This document shows, piece by piece, positions 24,904 through 37,014 of a stretch of 43,459 bases of DNA (position 1 is the stretch's first letter; each line of letters opens with the position of its first letter). A model generated the notes under the pieces. It was not told the origin of the DNA. It searched no databases and saw only the letters and a program-made list of their open reading frames with translations. A program made the position numbers and the translations under genes. Origin of the DNA: Nemertoderma westbladi (lineage: Eukaryota; Animalia; Xenacoelomorpha). The stretch spans positions 1-43,459 of the forward strand of contig JAUCBJ010005564.1 in the NCBI GenBank assembly GCA_032718475.1, in the 5' to 3' direction.

Positions 24904-25824
24904 TTAATTATTCCTCTTTGTAGGAGTTCCTTGTGACGATAAATATAAAGCGACTTTTACTGCAATTTGTCTGAAGGCTTTCGATACAGAACCGTCTGGA
25001 TCGCTAACAGTTACTGGACAACCTCCATCGGAACCCTCGGCAATAGCTGGGACAATGGGAATGTCGCCGATAACTTGCAAACCCATGTCGGTTGCTAGGC
25101 GATAAGCACCGGCCCCTCCTCCGAATATACTAGTCTCCGAGCCGCAGTGGCCACAAACAAAACTCCCCATATTCTGCACAACTCCGATTACCGGTACCTC
25201 CACCTTGGCGAACATTTCCGCTCCCTTCCGCGCGTCAATCAACGCTATATCCTGGGGTGTGGTCACTATAACGGCGCCATCTACCGGGATATTTTGCGAT
25301 AGAGATAGTTGGACGTCTCCCGTCCCCGGGGGCATGTCCACCACGAGATAATCGAGGGGTCCCCAAGCGACCTGACGGAGTAACCGCTCGACGGCAGACA
25401 TGACCAGTAATCCCCGCCACACAACAGGTGAATTGGGATCTGTTAGCAGTCCTATAGACATACACCGAACACCGTAGTTTACTAACGGGACCATGAGTTT
25501 CTTTTCGTTTAGGTAAACTTGACCGGAAAGATTCATCATCAGCGGTATGGAAGGACCGTAAACGTCTGTGTCGAGAAGTCCGACGGTTTTATCGGGTTCA
25601 GATTGGGACAGACTGATAGCTAGATTAACTGCGACGGTAGACTTGCCCACCCCGCCCTTCCCGCTGCTTACGCAGATAACCTTTTCAACTCCAGCGATTG
25701 GGAACTTCCGAGGTAAACTCCGCTTTCGTTCCGCTGCTGTTGGGTTTACTTTGGTTTGTCGGAGAAACGGCGAATGTGATATTTTCCGGGTTAATACATA
25801 TTGGTATTTGCGGGCGGACATCAT
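24904..25824 (-). CDS. NUBPL: Mitochondrial Fe-S cluster P-loop NTPase NUBPL/Ind1 (Mrp/NBP35 family), single coding exon
   Basis: GKGGVGKST deviant Walker [34 protein letters not shown]-x2-F-x-CGHC. Basic presequence and no N-terminal 4-Cys ferredoxin motif (unlike NUBP1). AATAAA on minus at 24849-24854. Confidence 0.93.
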   Translation of the reverse strand: MMSARKYQYVLTRKISHSPFLRQTKVNPTAAERKRSLPRKFPIAGVEKVICVSSGKGGVGKSTVAVNLAISLSQSEPDKTVGLLDTDVYGPSIPLMMNLSGQVYLNEKKLMVPLVNYGVRCMSIGLLTDPNSPVVWRGLLVMSAVERLLRQVAWGPLDYLVVDMPPGTGDVQLSLSQNIPVDGAVIVTTPQDIALIDARKGAEMFAKVEVPVIGVVQNMGSFVCGHCGSETSIFGGGAGAYRLATDMGLQVIGDIPIVPAIAEGSDGGCPVTVSDPDGSVSKAFRQIAVKVALYLSSQGTPTKRNN

Positions 25825-25839
25825 TGTTGAGAATTCTAA

Positions 25840-25987
25840 GTCCGCGGAACAGACAGACAGAACAATAATATCAATTTTTAAAATTTAAAAAACTCAATAC
25901 CACACAGTATAGTGTCCGCGGAACAGACAGACAGAACAATAATATCAATTTTTAAAATTTAAAAAACTCAATACCACACAATATAGT
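25840..25987. repeat. 74-bp tandem duplication just upstream of the NUBPL start
   Basis: 25840-25913 and 25914-25987 differ at one base. Confidence 0.9.
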
Positions 25988-28900
25988 GTTATCTACTATA
26001 GCAATAACTGCACTTAGCATGTAGTTAGCATCTACCTGATTGTGACATTCATAAATTGGTTTTCTTGGCAGGCTGTGGCCAAAATGAAATAGGCCTAAAA
26101 CTGTAAAAGGCCTCCTATTGTTTTTATATTTTCTATTCCTATAAATTTAAACTTGCCGCCAATAATTACACAGTCCTTATGTGTAGCCAATCAAGACAGA
26201 CATTGATTACATTTTCTAAAATTGTAAATACTGTCACCATTACCCAATATCTACTGTATTATCTTAGAGATTGAAAATGATCAAAACCACTACTGTCGTG
26301 CACAAATTGTTCCCAATAGGGGTATATACCGGTATATGGTATAATATCCGATATCCGAATAATCCGTATGGAAATACGTCTATATATATTGGTTCATACA
26401 TGGCACCACCACTTATTCCATACCAGCATCGAGCCAACGGAAATCCCCCAAAGCTACAGATGATTTTTCAAAGTTGGGTCATGTGGAACATTCCCATTAA
26501 TCCCATTTGTAACATGTCATGAGCCACACAGAATGGCACTGCAATTTATGGAAGATATTTGAGACCACTTTCAATGTTTTCTATTTCGGGCCCTCAAAAT
26601 CTCATATAATCAGCACCATTTCTTATTCTAATGATATTATTGGTGATTTTTGAAACTTATGCCATATGTCATGTGTCACACAAAATGGCACGGCGTTGTA
26701 TGTAAGATATTTGAGTTGAGCCCAAATTAAATGTTTTCAGTGCCCCCAATCGAGGACATCCTGGAGGGTGAGGAAGTAAAGAGTACGATATGGAGGCACC
26801 TAATAACGTGGGAGAGGGGGAAACCATACGCACCACACACACGTTGGGATGTGTGGAGCGGTGGTTAGTCGGTAGCTGGAAGGTAGCAAATGCGATTGGT
26901 GGCGACAGGAGTACCTACCAACAATACAAAAGAGGAGTAAATGGCGAGAAAACCATAGGGAGCTAAAGAAAGGTAATAGTGACTGATGACACGGTCATCT
27001 ATATAATCAATGGAGGTTCCGATAGTGGTAGAATGCTATCCAGGAGAGGATGGTTGAGTTCGATCGGTGGAGTTTAGGATTGGAGGGAAGATCGGGGCGA
27101 AAGATATAGGAAGACATACAAGAGGGCAGTAGTGGGAAGTGTTGCCTGTTAGACGAGTCGCCCTATTGTTGAATCGTCCAATACATTTAACTGAGGGGGG
27201 TCGGATTAAGGGCGACAGACCCTACCCACAAAATAAAATAAAATACATAAAACAAATAAACAAGTTCACATGAAGAAATTACATATGTGATGCCATAAGA
27301 TAGTGTACTAGGGAAAGGCTGGATCAAAAGGATCAAATTTCATATATTGGATTAGAAGGTTACTTACATACAGTACGTACTATTGTGGGCACAGAGGGTG
27401 CCACGCGAGGAAGTAGGAGGGGATACGTAGACATAAAGCCATGCATTGGGTCAGTCTCAAGGGATCTCCACACGGGCCAGATAGCAGATAGTGTTAAACG
27501 TACCGGTAACTCAGGTTTCGGTAGTAACTGAATATGAATATCTTAATTCCGCATGAAATACATAGGGAAAAATAGGGAAAATAAAGTACTGTATCAGTTC
27601 CTCAAATCATTGAACGACACTATATTCCAGGATAGTTAATAATAATTCCCCTAAATAATATCAGTTCCTCATTATATTTGAAGTCGTAATATGAATTTAT
27701 CTCAGCATATCTATTATGTATCAATGACCTTTGCCTATTAAATCCAAGACAGTAAGAACGAACACTGTTGGGGGCCAGTCTGCCAGTGGCCACGCATACT
27801 GTCTTACTTGAGATCCTCCGAAAGGGCCGATATGTCCTCGGGGTTTCAGTTAGGTGTCCCGCTGGTTTATGAAGGAGAATAACACTAGCGTCATGGTTCT
27901 TAAGAATAACCGGCCCCTCCAAGTCCAGCAGTAGCTTCATCTCTACATCAGATAAAGAAACTAATTTTACTCTCCTTCATGAATTTCGATGGACGGTATA
28001 TTCTTTTTACTGGCGGTCTCCGAGGAATTTGAGGCATTTAGCCCACTGAAGTCGGAACAGATTCCGGGTTTAATGAATATATCGCCCGTCGAAATGTACA
28101 AATGGTAGTGGAAGCGGAAGGCCCTGGTGTCATCTGTTCTGTACAGTAGAAAAGCCCTGAGTAGTCGAACTAAGTGCCACTGTAGACCGAGCGCGCGAGC
28201 GGCATCTATACACACGGCACTTTCCAACTATAACTGCTACGGCCTGCATACAGATTCAGATACTATGTCCAGCCAGACAGCCAGACCAAGATTAGGCCCA
28301 CGCGGCGCCGCGGCTGCCAGTCCGTGTAGAGGTGATAATAACTATTCAAATAAATACAAGTACGGGCGTAATCAGGTAATATAATAATAATGATAAGGCA
28401 TTGATGCGTAACAGCATAATTCTGTAATTCATTCATCAGTAATGGAATGCCTAACGCAGTAGTGCAGTGCACAGCACATACCACATTCCAGCATACAGAA
28501 TAATACACTACATACATTACTGGACCAGTACCAGAGTACTGCAGTGTCACTGAAGTAGAAGTGCACTAGCTGGCACTTATGACTGTCACATGGGCTATTT
28601 TTCAAAATACTACAATTTTATAAACCTTGCCAATGAAATCAGCACATTCTAAAACCTCAGTAGCCAAACTATAAGGCCAAATTACCAGTATTGGCTATTT
28701 GACAATTTCGAGCTACTTGTAATTTTGGTGCTCTTTTAGTGTCTATTAAAAAATAAACAATGAAGATTTTATTCTAATTTCGCTTTATTCTAAGTTCGCT
28801 TTCGATTACTAATAATTAATTCGACTAACCAAAAAAGCATATGGTTTAATGGTTATACAAATGTCTTGAAGGGTGAGTATTTTGAGTAATTTTATCAATT

Positions 28901-29260
28901 CCGAAAAGTGCTGATATGGTATTGGTGCCTGGAATTCCTCATATCTCGAAAACTATTGGAGCTATTCAATTTTTATGTGTCTCATCTGAAAGAGGACATA
29001 ATTTTAGTTAGGGACAAGTACTTTCGACGCGCTAGACGTATTGTTTCAGGGGTTCTATCTAAGAGAAATAACTGGCCCACTAAATTTAGGGGTTTTGCAG
29101 CAGCTTGGCGGGTCGTATCTATAGTAGGTCATGGTTGAGCAACTGGTCTGGACATGAAACATATTGAAAATTCTTATAGAGATATACAGAAGACGCCACT
29201 CAGACAAATGATGATAGTCATACAGAGAAACAGACAAGGCCTTCACACAGGTGTTCTGTC

Positions 29261-29860
29261 TTCCGAGATCAGAATTCCCTTTGACATGTGTGCCTTCCGA
29301 GATATACTGGTATGCCTTCCGAGATGAGTAGGTCTATGCCTTTCAGGGATGTGTAAGGCTTCCGAGATGATTATGCGTTCTGAGATGAGTACACATTTTC
29401 GATAAGTGTATGCATTCCGAGATACTGTATATGCATTTCAAGATAAATATTTCTCTGAGATTTGTATGGGTTCCGATTTGAGTATGCATTCCAAGAAATA
29501 TGGCTTCAAAAATAAATATGTCTTTCCAAGGTATATCTGGTCCAGAGATAACTATACATTTCCGAGATGTGTATGCCTTCCGACATATCTGACTTCAAAG
29601 ATTAATGTCTTTCCGAGATGTGTATGCTCTAATGGGTTAATTGTATACCTTCCGAGATATATGTCTTCCGATATATTGCATTCCAAGCAAACTAAGCCAT
29701 TCCGAGATGTTTATGGATTCCGAGATAGGGATGCCTTCCAGGATGAGTACACCATTCCGAATTTCGTATTCCATCCGGGTCCGAGCTATGGCTTTTCGAG
29801 ATGACAATATCCTTTCTGATATATGCATGCCATAGAAATGAGTATTTATTTCCGAGATGA
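29261..29860. repeat. Degenerate array of a TTCCGAGAT core at ~18-22 bp spacing (~30 copies)
   Basis: Exact cores near 29261, 29295, 29317, 29360, 29414, 29560, 29611, 29650, 29700, 29718 and 29850, with many 1-2 mismatch variants between them. Confidence 0.8.
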
Positions 29861-30117
29861 GATGAGATGAGTAGTATAAGAAGATAGTCCCTCCGGCCAA
29901 AGTCACCCGTAGCCCAGCATTACCATCCATTTCTACTACTGCATCCAATCAGAAGCCACCATTTCAACCATTACCAGTGTTCGTTATTATTTCAATCAAT
30001 CAGATGCCAGTATTTCAACCGTAACCATGGTAACTTCTCAAGTTCCTACATTTTCCGCTAGTAGCGTTATTTAGTCACCCAACAAACTTCCTCTCTACTC
30101 CTTCCAACCAATCGCGA

Positions 30118-30320
30118 GCCTTTATTTTACAGGTGCTCGGGTGTCTACACTTAGCATCAGGTAACTTCTACTATTTTTCAAATCGCTATTTTTCAGCAAC
30201 CAGTATTTTCATATTCACTAGCCTTTATTTTACAGGTGCTCGAGGTGTCTACAGGTAACTTCTACTATTTTTCAAATCGCTATTTTTCACCAACCAGTAT
30301 TCTCATATCTTTTATTTCAG
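30118..30320. repeat. ~100-bp direct repeat (two full copies plus a partial third) containing splice-site-like motifs
   Basis: GCCTTTATTTTACAGGTGCTCG...CAGGTAACTTCTACTATTTTTCAAATCGCTATTTTTCA at ~30118 and ~30221. Confidence 0.8.
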
Positions 30321-31118
30321 GTGTCTTTCTACCCGTAATTTTCCACTAGTAACTAAATTTCATTTCGCAATTTTTCAGATAACAAAATATTCAACTGGGA
30401 TCGAACATGGGACCACCATGATTCGCAACAATTCACCGCTCACCCTTCCATCCAACCTCGAGAGAAAAAGGCGACAAATATCCGTGTTATACCGTAGCCT
30501 GATCTATTTTGCTTCATTTACTGTTATTATTAACTTTCTATTGGTTACACGTGTTCTTAGTTGATTGGCTGAATATATAAAATGATCTATATAAATATAT
30601 GAATAGAATAGAAAAATATTATTAATATTTATTTATCTGTCTTGTCGCTGTTATTTAATTGTTATTACATAAAATAATAATAATAATAATAATGTCTTCT
30701 GATACACCTGCGCCTGTAATAAGACATACATTTAATACTGTTGATAATCTTACTTGTATTGTTATTGGTAACACTATTATTATTGTCCTTCACAACCTAA
30801 TTTTAAAATAGATATTTCTGAACAAGCAAGAAAATAACTACATTCTATTGATATTTTCGGCGAGGTAAATTCTACTAATTACCTTTTAGATTACAAAGTA
30901 GAAGATGATTTGTCAGATAACTTTATTGTTATTAGTCAATATAGTGGTCAATAAATGTGAAAAGTTTGAGATCAAATTAGATCGTAAAAATGCTTATGAA
31001 ATTATGGCTTTGTTTATAGTTATTATTTCGAAAGAAACCCTTGTAACCACTGATGAATCTGATGACAATGAAGATGATTCTTGACTCTTGACGATTTTGG
31101 TTTGGTTATTTAAGAAAA

Positions 31119-31409
31119 ATGGATATTTTAATAAACACAAATTGTAGTATTTGTTATTCTAATTTAAAACATCTTGATTGTTACATATGTGTTAATAAGC
31201 ATGGAACTTGCGTGACATGTATTGATCAATATGTCGAAATTAATGATTGTACTAAAAATTTTCCATTTTGTAGAGAAAAGACACTTTGCAGAGTAAACAA
31301 GTTATATAATCCATATTATTGGAAAGAGCTCCGGAATTCTATCTACATTTCAGGAAGAAGTAACGAACCTAACGAGTTATTTACAATATCGCAGAATATT
31401 TTTTATTGA
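31119..31409 (+). pseudogene. Polinton accessory ORF, degenerate RING finger
   Basis: CSIC...C-x3-H-x2-C-x2-C...(F)PFCR; the seventh zinc ligand appears to be replaced by F. Confidence 0.55.
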
Positions 31410-32017
31410 TATATAGTGAAAAAAGGCGGATTTATGATACCTTGGCTGTTTGATGAAGAACATAAAAATATCATAGTAAAATTAAATAAGAATTTGCGTA
31501 GTTTTGACATTTACTTTAAGACATATAAAGATGAATCATCTTCGAGAGGTATAAAACCAAAAAAGTACTATTTGAAACTTGATGAAGGTATTCTTTGCAA
31601 TGATTTGTGTATGAGAGTTATTCGCACTTTGATGGAACATACTCTAAGACATATTTCCAGTACTAAATGCTAAGGGCGTGGTATAGAACGTAAATGTCAA
31701 ACTAAGAAGTATAACGAATTTATACGATGTCACCGCTATCTCACTTGGTATGGACATTACTTAAATCGAAAACAATGTCTGTTGATTGCTTGCTGGTATA
31801 CGATTACACAATCTTTTCAAATAAGGTAAAAAAGCAGAAAGAAAGATTGCCATGATAAATATACTAATACTACAGTTGTACATACTTTTTGTTGTAAATT
31901 GCTGTTTTTTTTGTGAATTGTTACATATATACATAGTAATGGTGATGGTTCTTTATGTTATATTATATTATATTGTTGATATATCTTAATAAAAATAAAT
32001 GGCTGACTCAGGCTGAA

Positions 32018-32370
32018 ATGGCTAATCCAGGACCATATAATTTAAATTTTCAAATGGGAACGAGTATGATTATTTCTGGACCATCCGGTTCAGGTAAATC
32101 TACCCTTGTCGGCAACTTAATCAAACACAAGAATGGTTGCTTCAACGAATCCCCCTTGTGAGTATTGTATTGTTACGGGAGCAACCCCCCGATTATTCCA
32201 GTTATTACTCACCTTTACAAAGGTTTGCCTGAAAATATAGATAGTTTAGTAAATAGTCGAGATTTATTAATTATAAACGATTTATTAACAGAAACCGAGT
32301 CCAGTACAGCCTTACCTGTATTATTTACTATGGTTGCTCATCATTCCAATATATTTATTTGTTTCATAAC
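32018..32370 (+). pseudogene. Polinton A32/FtsK-like packaging ATPase, disrupted and 3'-truncated
   Basis: IISGPSGSGKST (Walker A), in-frame TGA at 32159-32161, YCYG, KGLP, LLIINDL (Walker B, DD to ND), LFT-x2-AHH-x-NI. Confidence 0.85.
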
Positions 32371-32448
32371 ATTCATTACATTGACTATAAACGTAGCAAT
32401 AATAATAATAATTAAAAATTTGTAAAAATTTTCAATAATGTGGCAACA

Positions 32449-32831
32449 ATGAATAGACTTATGCAGAAATATCGTAACGAATTGGAATTTTTACGCAGCG
32501 CTACCCCTCAATAAAGAACTTATTTTATTAACCATACCGCGAGTAACGAATTAATACGCCTCATTGTAAATAGAGCATTAAATGTTCTAAAAAGTAACGT
32601 ACAATTGACCCCTCATTCATTTAGAAATATTTGTCGTTATAAAAAGGTATTAAAATCGCTCAACTGCAAAACAAAAATATATAAAGTTACAGAAAAAAGT
32701 TAAACAATCAATCTGGTGGTATACTTCTGTTTCTAATACCCCTACTCGGCATTGGCGTGAAACTCGCTGCGGGGGCTGGTGCCGCTGCCACTGGGGTGGC
32801 TATTGCAAAAAGAATTAACCATGGACGGTAA
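32449..32831 (+). pseudogene. Conserved small Polinton ORF (NVL-x2-N...QSGG followed by hydrophobic tail), disrupted
   Basis: MNRLMQKYRNELEFLRSATPQ*R...LIRLIVNRALNVLKSNVQLT, then after a frameshift QSGGILLFLIPLLG. Pattern recalled from Polinton virion-module ORFs. Confidence 0.5.
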
Positions 32832-33058
32832 TAATGATAATAATAATAGTTAAAATGGAAGTAACATTTAGAAAATTATATTTAGTATCGAGTAAACCGT
32901 TAGCTACTGTTTTAAAACCTCAAGATATACCTAGAGTAAATACAAAAAGAAAAAGAAAATCATCAACTTCAAAGAAAATAAAAAAATTTCAGCTGTTTTT
33001 ACGGTGATGCTCTTTATAAGAGATTTAAATATACATATTACTTGCAGTTGTCGAAAAG

Positions 33059-34141
33059 ATGCCACGCAAGATGAGACCGATTTTAAACAGGAGTTTAGAC
33101 AAAAAACTGTTAAGAATTTATTCAGATCCTTCATCACCTGCGGGCTTTGCAAGTATCACAAAATTGGCAAAAGTGGCAAACATCAAACCATCTAAAGCCC
33201 AGAAATGGTTAAGCGGACAAAAGACATATACCCTTCACGCACCACGTAGACATCATTATCCAACATCTAAAATATTTACGGGAGGGTTAAAAGATATATA
33301 TATGATAGATCTGGTAGATATGCAGCAATATAAATCACAAAATAATAATTATAACTATATATTAATATGTATTGATGCCTTTAGCCGGCTTGCTTTCACC
33401 TACGGTATGAAAACAAAAACAGGTATTGAAATTATTAGTATATTGCAAAAAATATTCCAGAAAGGCAAACCAAACAGAATCGCAACTGATCAAGGATCTG
33501 AATTTCTAAATAAACCTGTGAGGAAATATTTAGATACTATCGGTGTATGGTATTACGTAATGTACTCTGTGAATAAGGCGGCTATAGTCGAAAGATTTAA
33601 TAGAACATTAAAGACAAAAATGTTCAAAATTTTCACGCAACGCGGGAAAAATGTTTGGGTAAAAATTTTACCAAAGCTTATTTTCGCTTATAATAGGTCA
33701 TTTCATAGAACTATACAAATGAAGCCCAGAGTTAATAAATTTAATGAAACTGAATTAATTAATAGATTATATGGGAAATATAGACAGATTAATCACAAGA
33801 AAATAAAATTTAAAGTAGGTGATACAGTACTATTATCTATTGCTCGTACTGCTTTTGCTAAAGGCTATCGAGAACATTGGACTCGTGAATTATTTCTTAT
33901 TCATTGGGTCAGATTGGATAGAGTGCCGGCAGTCATGTTTGATAATAAGGACAGCGCTGGAGCTATAATAAATGGTTCATTTTAATCATACGAACTCCAA
34001 AAGGTCCATGCAAGTAGTAATATTTATCATCCGATTGAAAATATGGGTAAACTTAAAGAACGTGTTTGTAAAGGGAAAAGAGAATATTTGGTTACATTTA
34101 TTGGGTCCAAGAAGCAATCCTGGATACAGCATATTAAATAA
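33059..34141 (+). pseudogene. Polinton retroviral-like (rve, DDE) integrase with C-terminal chromodomain; one premature stop
   Basis: YSDPSSPAGF, YTLH, IDLVDM, IDAFSR, TDQGSEF, VERFNRTLK, YN-x3-HRTI-x-MKP, FKVGD-x-V, KGY-x3-WT-x-E-x-F. TAA at 33983-33985 is followed in frame by SYELQKV...KREYLVTFIG...SWI. Confidence 0.92.
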
Positions 34142-34938
34142 GTTTAGGCTTATACTGTATATTTATTAATTGAGTGAATAATGGTCATATATATTAATTA
34201 ATACGCAGATTAAATGCATAATTAATCAATATCAATGATCATCAATTTTTATATGATTGTCGTTCGCGAAGTGGGTGCAATTTACGTTCTATCGCAAATC
34301 TGTGTAAAATACCTCTCATTAACTCGATCAATGTTATGCACGTTAATAAGTTGAACTACGTTCCTTTTGATGTAGCTGATAGATGGAAATTAGAATTGTG
34401 TAGGTAATTAATTAATTGTTGTTGTAGCAATATTGATATACCTGGTTTTAATGTTGATGAGATTACTGATATCCTTAATTATATTACTACATGTTAGTTA
34501 AATATTCTTTATATTATTGCCTATAATTATTTTGTTCGATGCTGTGTTATTTACTGCATGTTCTGTCAGTTATTCATTACATAGGCCTACGTCATTAATA
34601 TTGTGCTACTTTACTAATAATATGTCTATGTACCGTGTACTATGTCTATTGTTTATTCATGTGTACGAATATCAATTAAATTACATTAAATTAACTTAAA
34701 TGATATTACTATACTGTAAGTAAGTCTAATATCTATAGTTGATTCGCTTTAAATGAAGCTAGTAAAATATTGATCCCTCGCATATACTGTAGAAGCAATG
34801 AACATGACCATGAACGTGATTATCCATTGTTGAATAAAAAACTAAAAATGATCTTAATTACTTTACGTGACGGTCGAAGATAATTAATTAATTTCAACAG
34901 TGGTCGCACTGTTGTAACACTTAAGTTAATCCGCAGCG

Positions 34939-35784
34939 ATGGATGAATTCTATGTTAGACTACCGAGTAATTCTTGCCCAACTGATTTTCCGTGTAATAC
35001 TAATAGTAATTATCAAATCAATTTACATGACGCCTTACCTATAAATCCAAATGAAAACTGGGTGGTTGGTATAAAAAGTATTTTTTATTTAGCCACGTTA
35101 CCATCCATGTATAACAATATAGAGAATGTTATTTTAATAAAAAAGGGGAAAAAAAACTTTGAGGATACACTACCATTATCCGGTTGATTCTACAGTATTA
35201 ATGAAATTATAGATTATTTTAACACAGGCGCGTTGAAAGATAAATTACAAATAGTTGAAAATACTCAGCAAAATAGATTGCAATTTATTTTATGGAAAAC
35301 TGTACGTGAATTATTTATATGACAACAATTAGCCTATTATTTTGTAATTACAGAAAATAATCTCGGAGGGGATTTAAATCCAAATTTTAAAATTATTTTG
35401 AAGACGAAAAATAATATAAAGGGTTATTTAATAACAATTATCGGAAATGAAGAAAAAACTTACCAAATGGTATTTTTATGTCCTCAACCACCCAATTCTA
35501 TTCCAGAACCTAAGTCAAACATGTACGTGACTACTAATATAATTGAAAATGAATATATTAATGATTTTGGTTTAGCTTTACTTCGTTGTGTGGCGATACC
35601 TAATGATGTGAAATAAGGCATGGTAATAAATCAAGAATTTGCTAAGGATACTTTTCATTATATCCCAGTAAAAAAATCATATAGGATAACTTACATTCAT
35701 ATTTAAATAACAGACAAAGAAGGAAAAGATTTAAATTTTGATTACGGGACTTTGATTACTTTACACTTTAGGAAAATAAATTAG
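34939..35784 (+). pseudogene. Polinton minor capsid (penton-like) protein with several stops
   Basis: N-terminal FYVRLPSNS-x4-FP-x-NT...WVVGI; C-terminal MYVTTNIIE...LLRCV...YIPV...ITDKEG...TLHFRK. Confidence 0.8.
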
Positions 35785-35804
35785 TCTTTATTATTATTAT
35801 TTAA

Positions 35805-36304
35805 ATGGATTCCGATTTATTTCAAAGGTACAGTAAACCGCAATATGGAGGTGCAGACTCTAATCTTGCCATTTTTAAAGGTGGTAGAACAACGAGAGGG
35901 TCAACGCAAGTTCCTGTGTTTCGAAGGGGTTCATATATAGACCTTTACGGGCAATAAAATGGTACATTTGGTCCAAACTCAAAATAATGACGATTTCAGC
36001 GTTATCGGAGAGGTATGCATCAAATCAACACAGGGAAGGAATACTTACAGATGCTTTATCTATATTAAAGAAGTTTGGAAAGCCATTAGCAAAAAAGGTT
36101 ATACAAAAAGCTTTACCATTTACCACAAAATTTATGAGACAACACGTAATACCAAAAGGTAAGTGGGTCTTACATCAGCAGGCTAATACGGTTATTAATA
36201 AAGCATTAAATAAAATGAAACCATCAACAAGATCGGTTGTAGAAAAAGTTTATAGAGATTTAAAGCGACCAGCTAAACCAATGTCTATGAACATACCTCA
36301 TTGA
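35805..36304 (+). pseudogene. Polinton basic core/membrane-active-type ORF (QxGG, amphipathic helix), disrupted
   Basis: MDSDLFQRYSKPQYGG...FKGG, later EGILTDALSILKKFGKPLAKKV; lies between the minor and major capsid genes. Confidence 0.45.
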
Positions 36305-36383
36305 GGTAAAAATAGAAAAATAAAAAAAAAGGTAAACTCAACCACTGCAAAAAAAGTATTTTTTAATAATATCGATTATTAGA

Positions 36384-36870
36384 GAATTAGATTTATTTTC
36401 TACGCAGCCAATACAAACTGAATTTAAAGCAAAGCATTATTAAACAATTTACCCAGTATCTAGTCTCAGAAGTGAGTCGCGTGAAGTAACTTTTTTAATA
36501 CCGCGCTCGAATGAATTTTATACGAAACTGCAAGATGCGTTATAATTACAAAATGTACTGTACGCTGGGATAGATGGTTGGAAAACTCCCACATTCATAT
36601 GTTGAATTACCCCTCAGGAACTATGTGGAGTGATATTAAAATAGACCTCAATGAGAAGCAGGTTGAGAATAGCAATAACCATTCTTTCTACAAGTTGTAC
36701 TTATCCAATTTACTTTTTACTACATATGAAAGTAAAAATGGACTGCCGGGGGCAGTAGGCTTTCAACAGCCTTTAACCGAACACAGAAATGAAATTAATC
36801 CTGGTGCGCACCCTATTGCCGACGCTTTTAGTAAACAAATGCAATTTGTAAGCGGATTGACGATTGATTT
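36384..36870 (+). pseudogene. Polinton major capsid (double jelly-roll) protein, N-terminal part only
   Basis: ELDLFSTQPIQT...YPVSS...VTFLIP...Y; LNYPSGTMWSDIKIDLNEKQV...FYKLYLSNLL...ESK. Similarity is lost after ~36870. Confidence 0.78.
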
Positions 36871-37014
36871 TGATACTGAAAGTGGAAATGTGGAAATAAA
36901 TGAAATAATATTATATAAATGGCTGGTTAATTATTATAAAATAAACCAATAAGCGTTGTAATTAAACATTTAACTTTTGTTTATTTAAAAACATCATTAT
37001 TATTATTTGATAAA

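Noticed and set aside
26750-27230. Possible LINE reverse-transcriptase 3' fragment on minus (LD...NRATRL)
   Set aside because: Only one short frameshifted motif; insufficient without a search.
27620-28550. Short ORFs of 85-106 aa in a moderately GC-rich patch
   Set aside because: No recognisable motif or consistent exon chain; possibly TE debris.
29261-29860. CRISPR-like repeat/spacer appearance
   Set aside because: The core is only 9 bp, linkers are ~10 bp and related to each other, there are no cas genes, and the context is eukaryotic.
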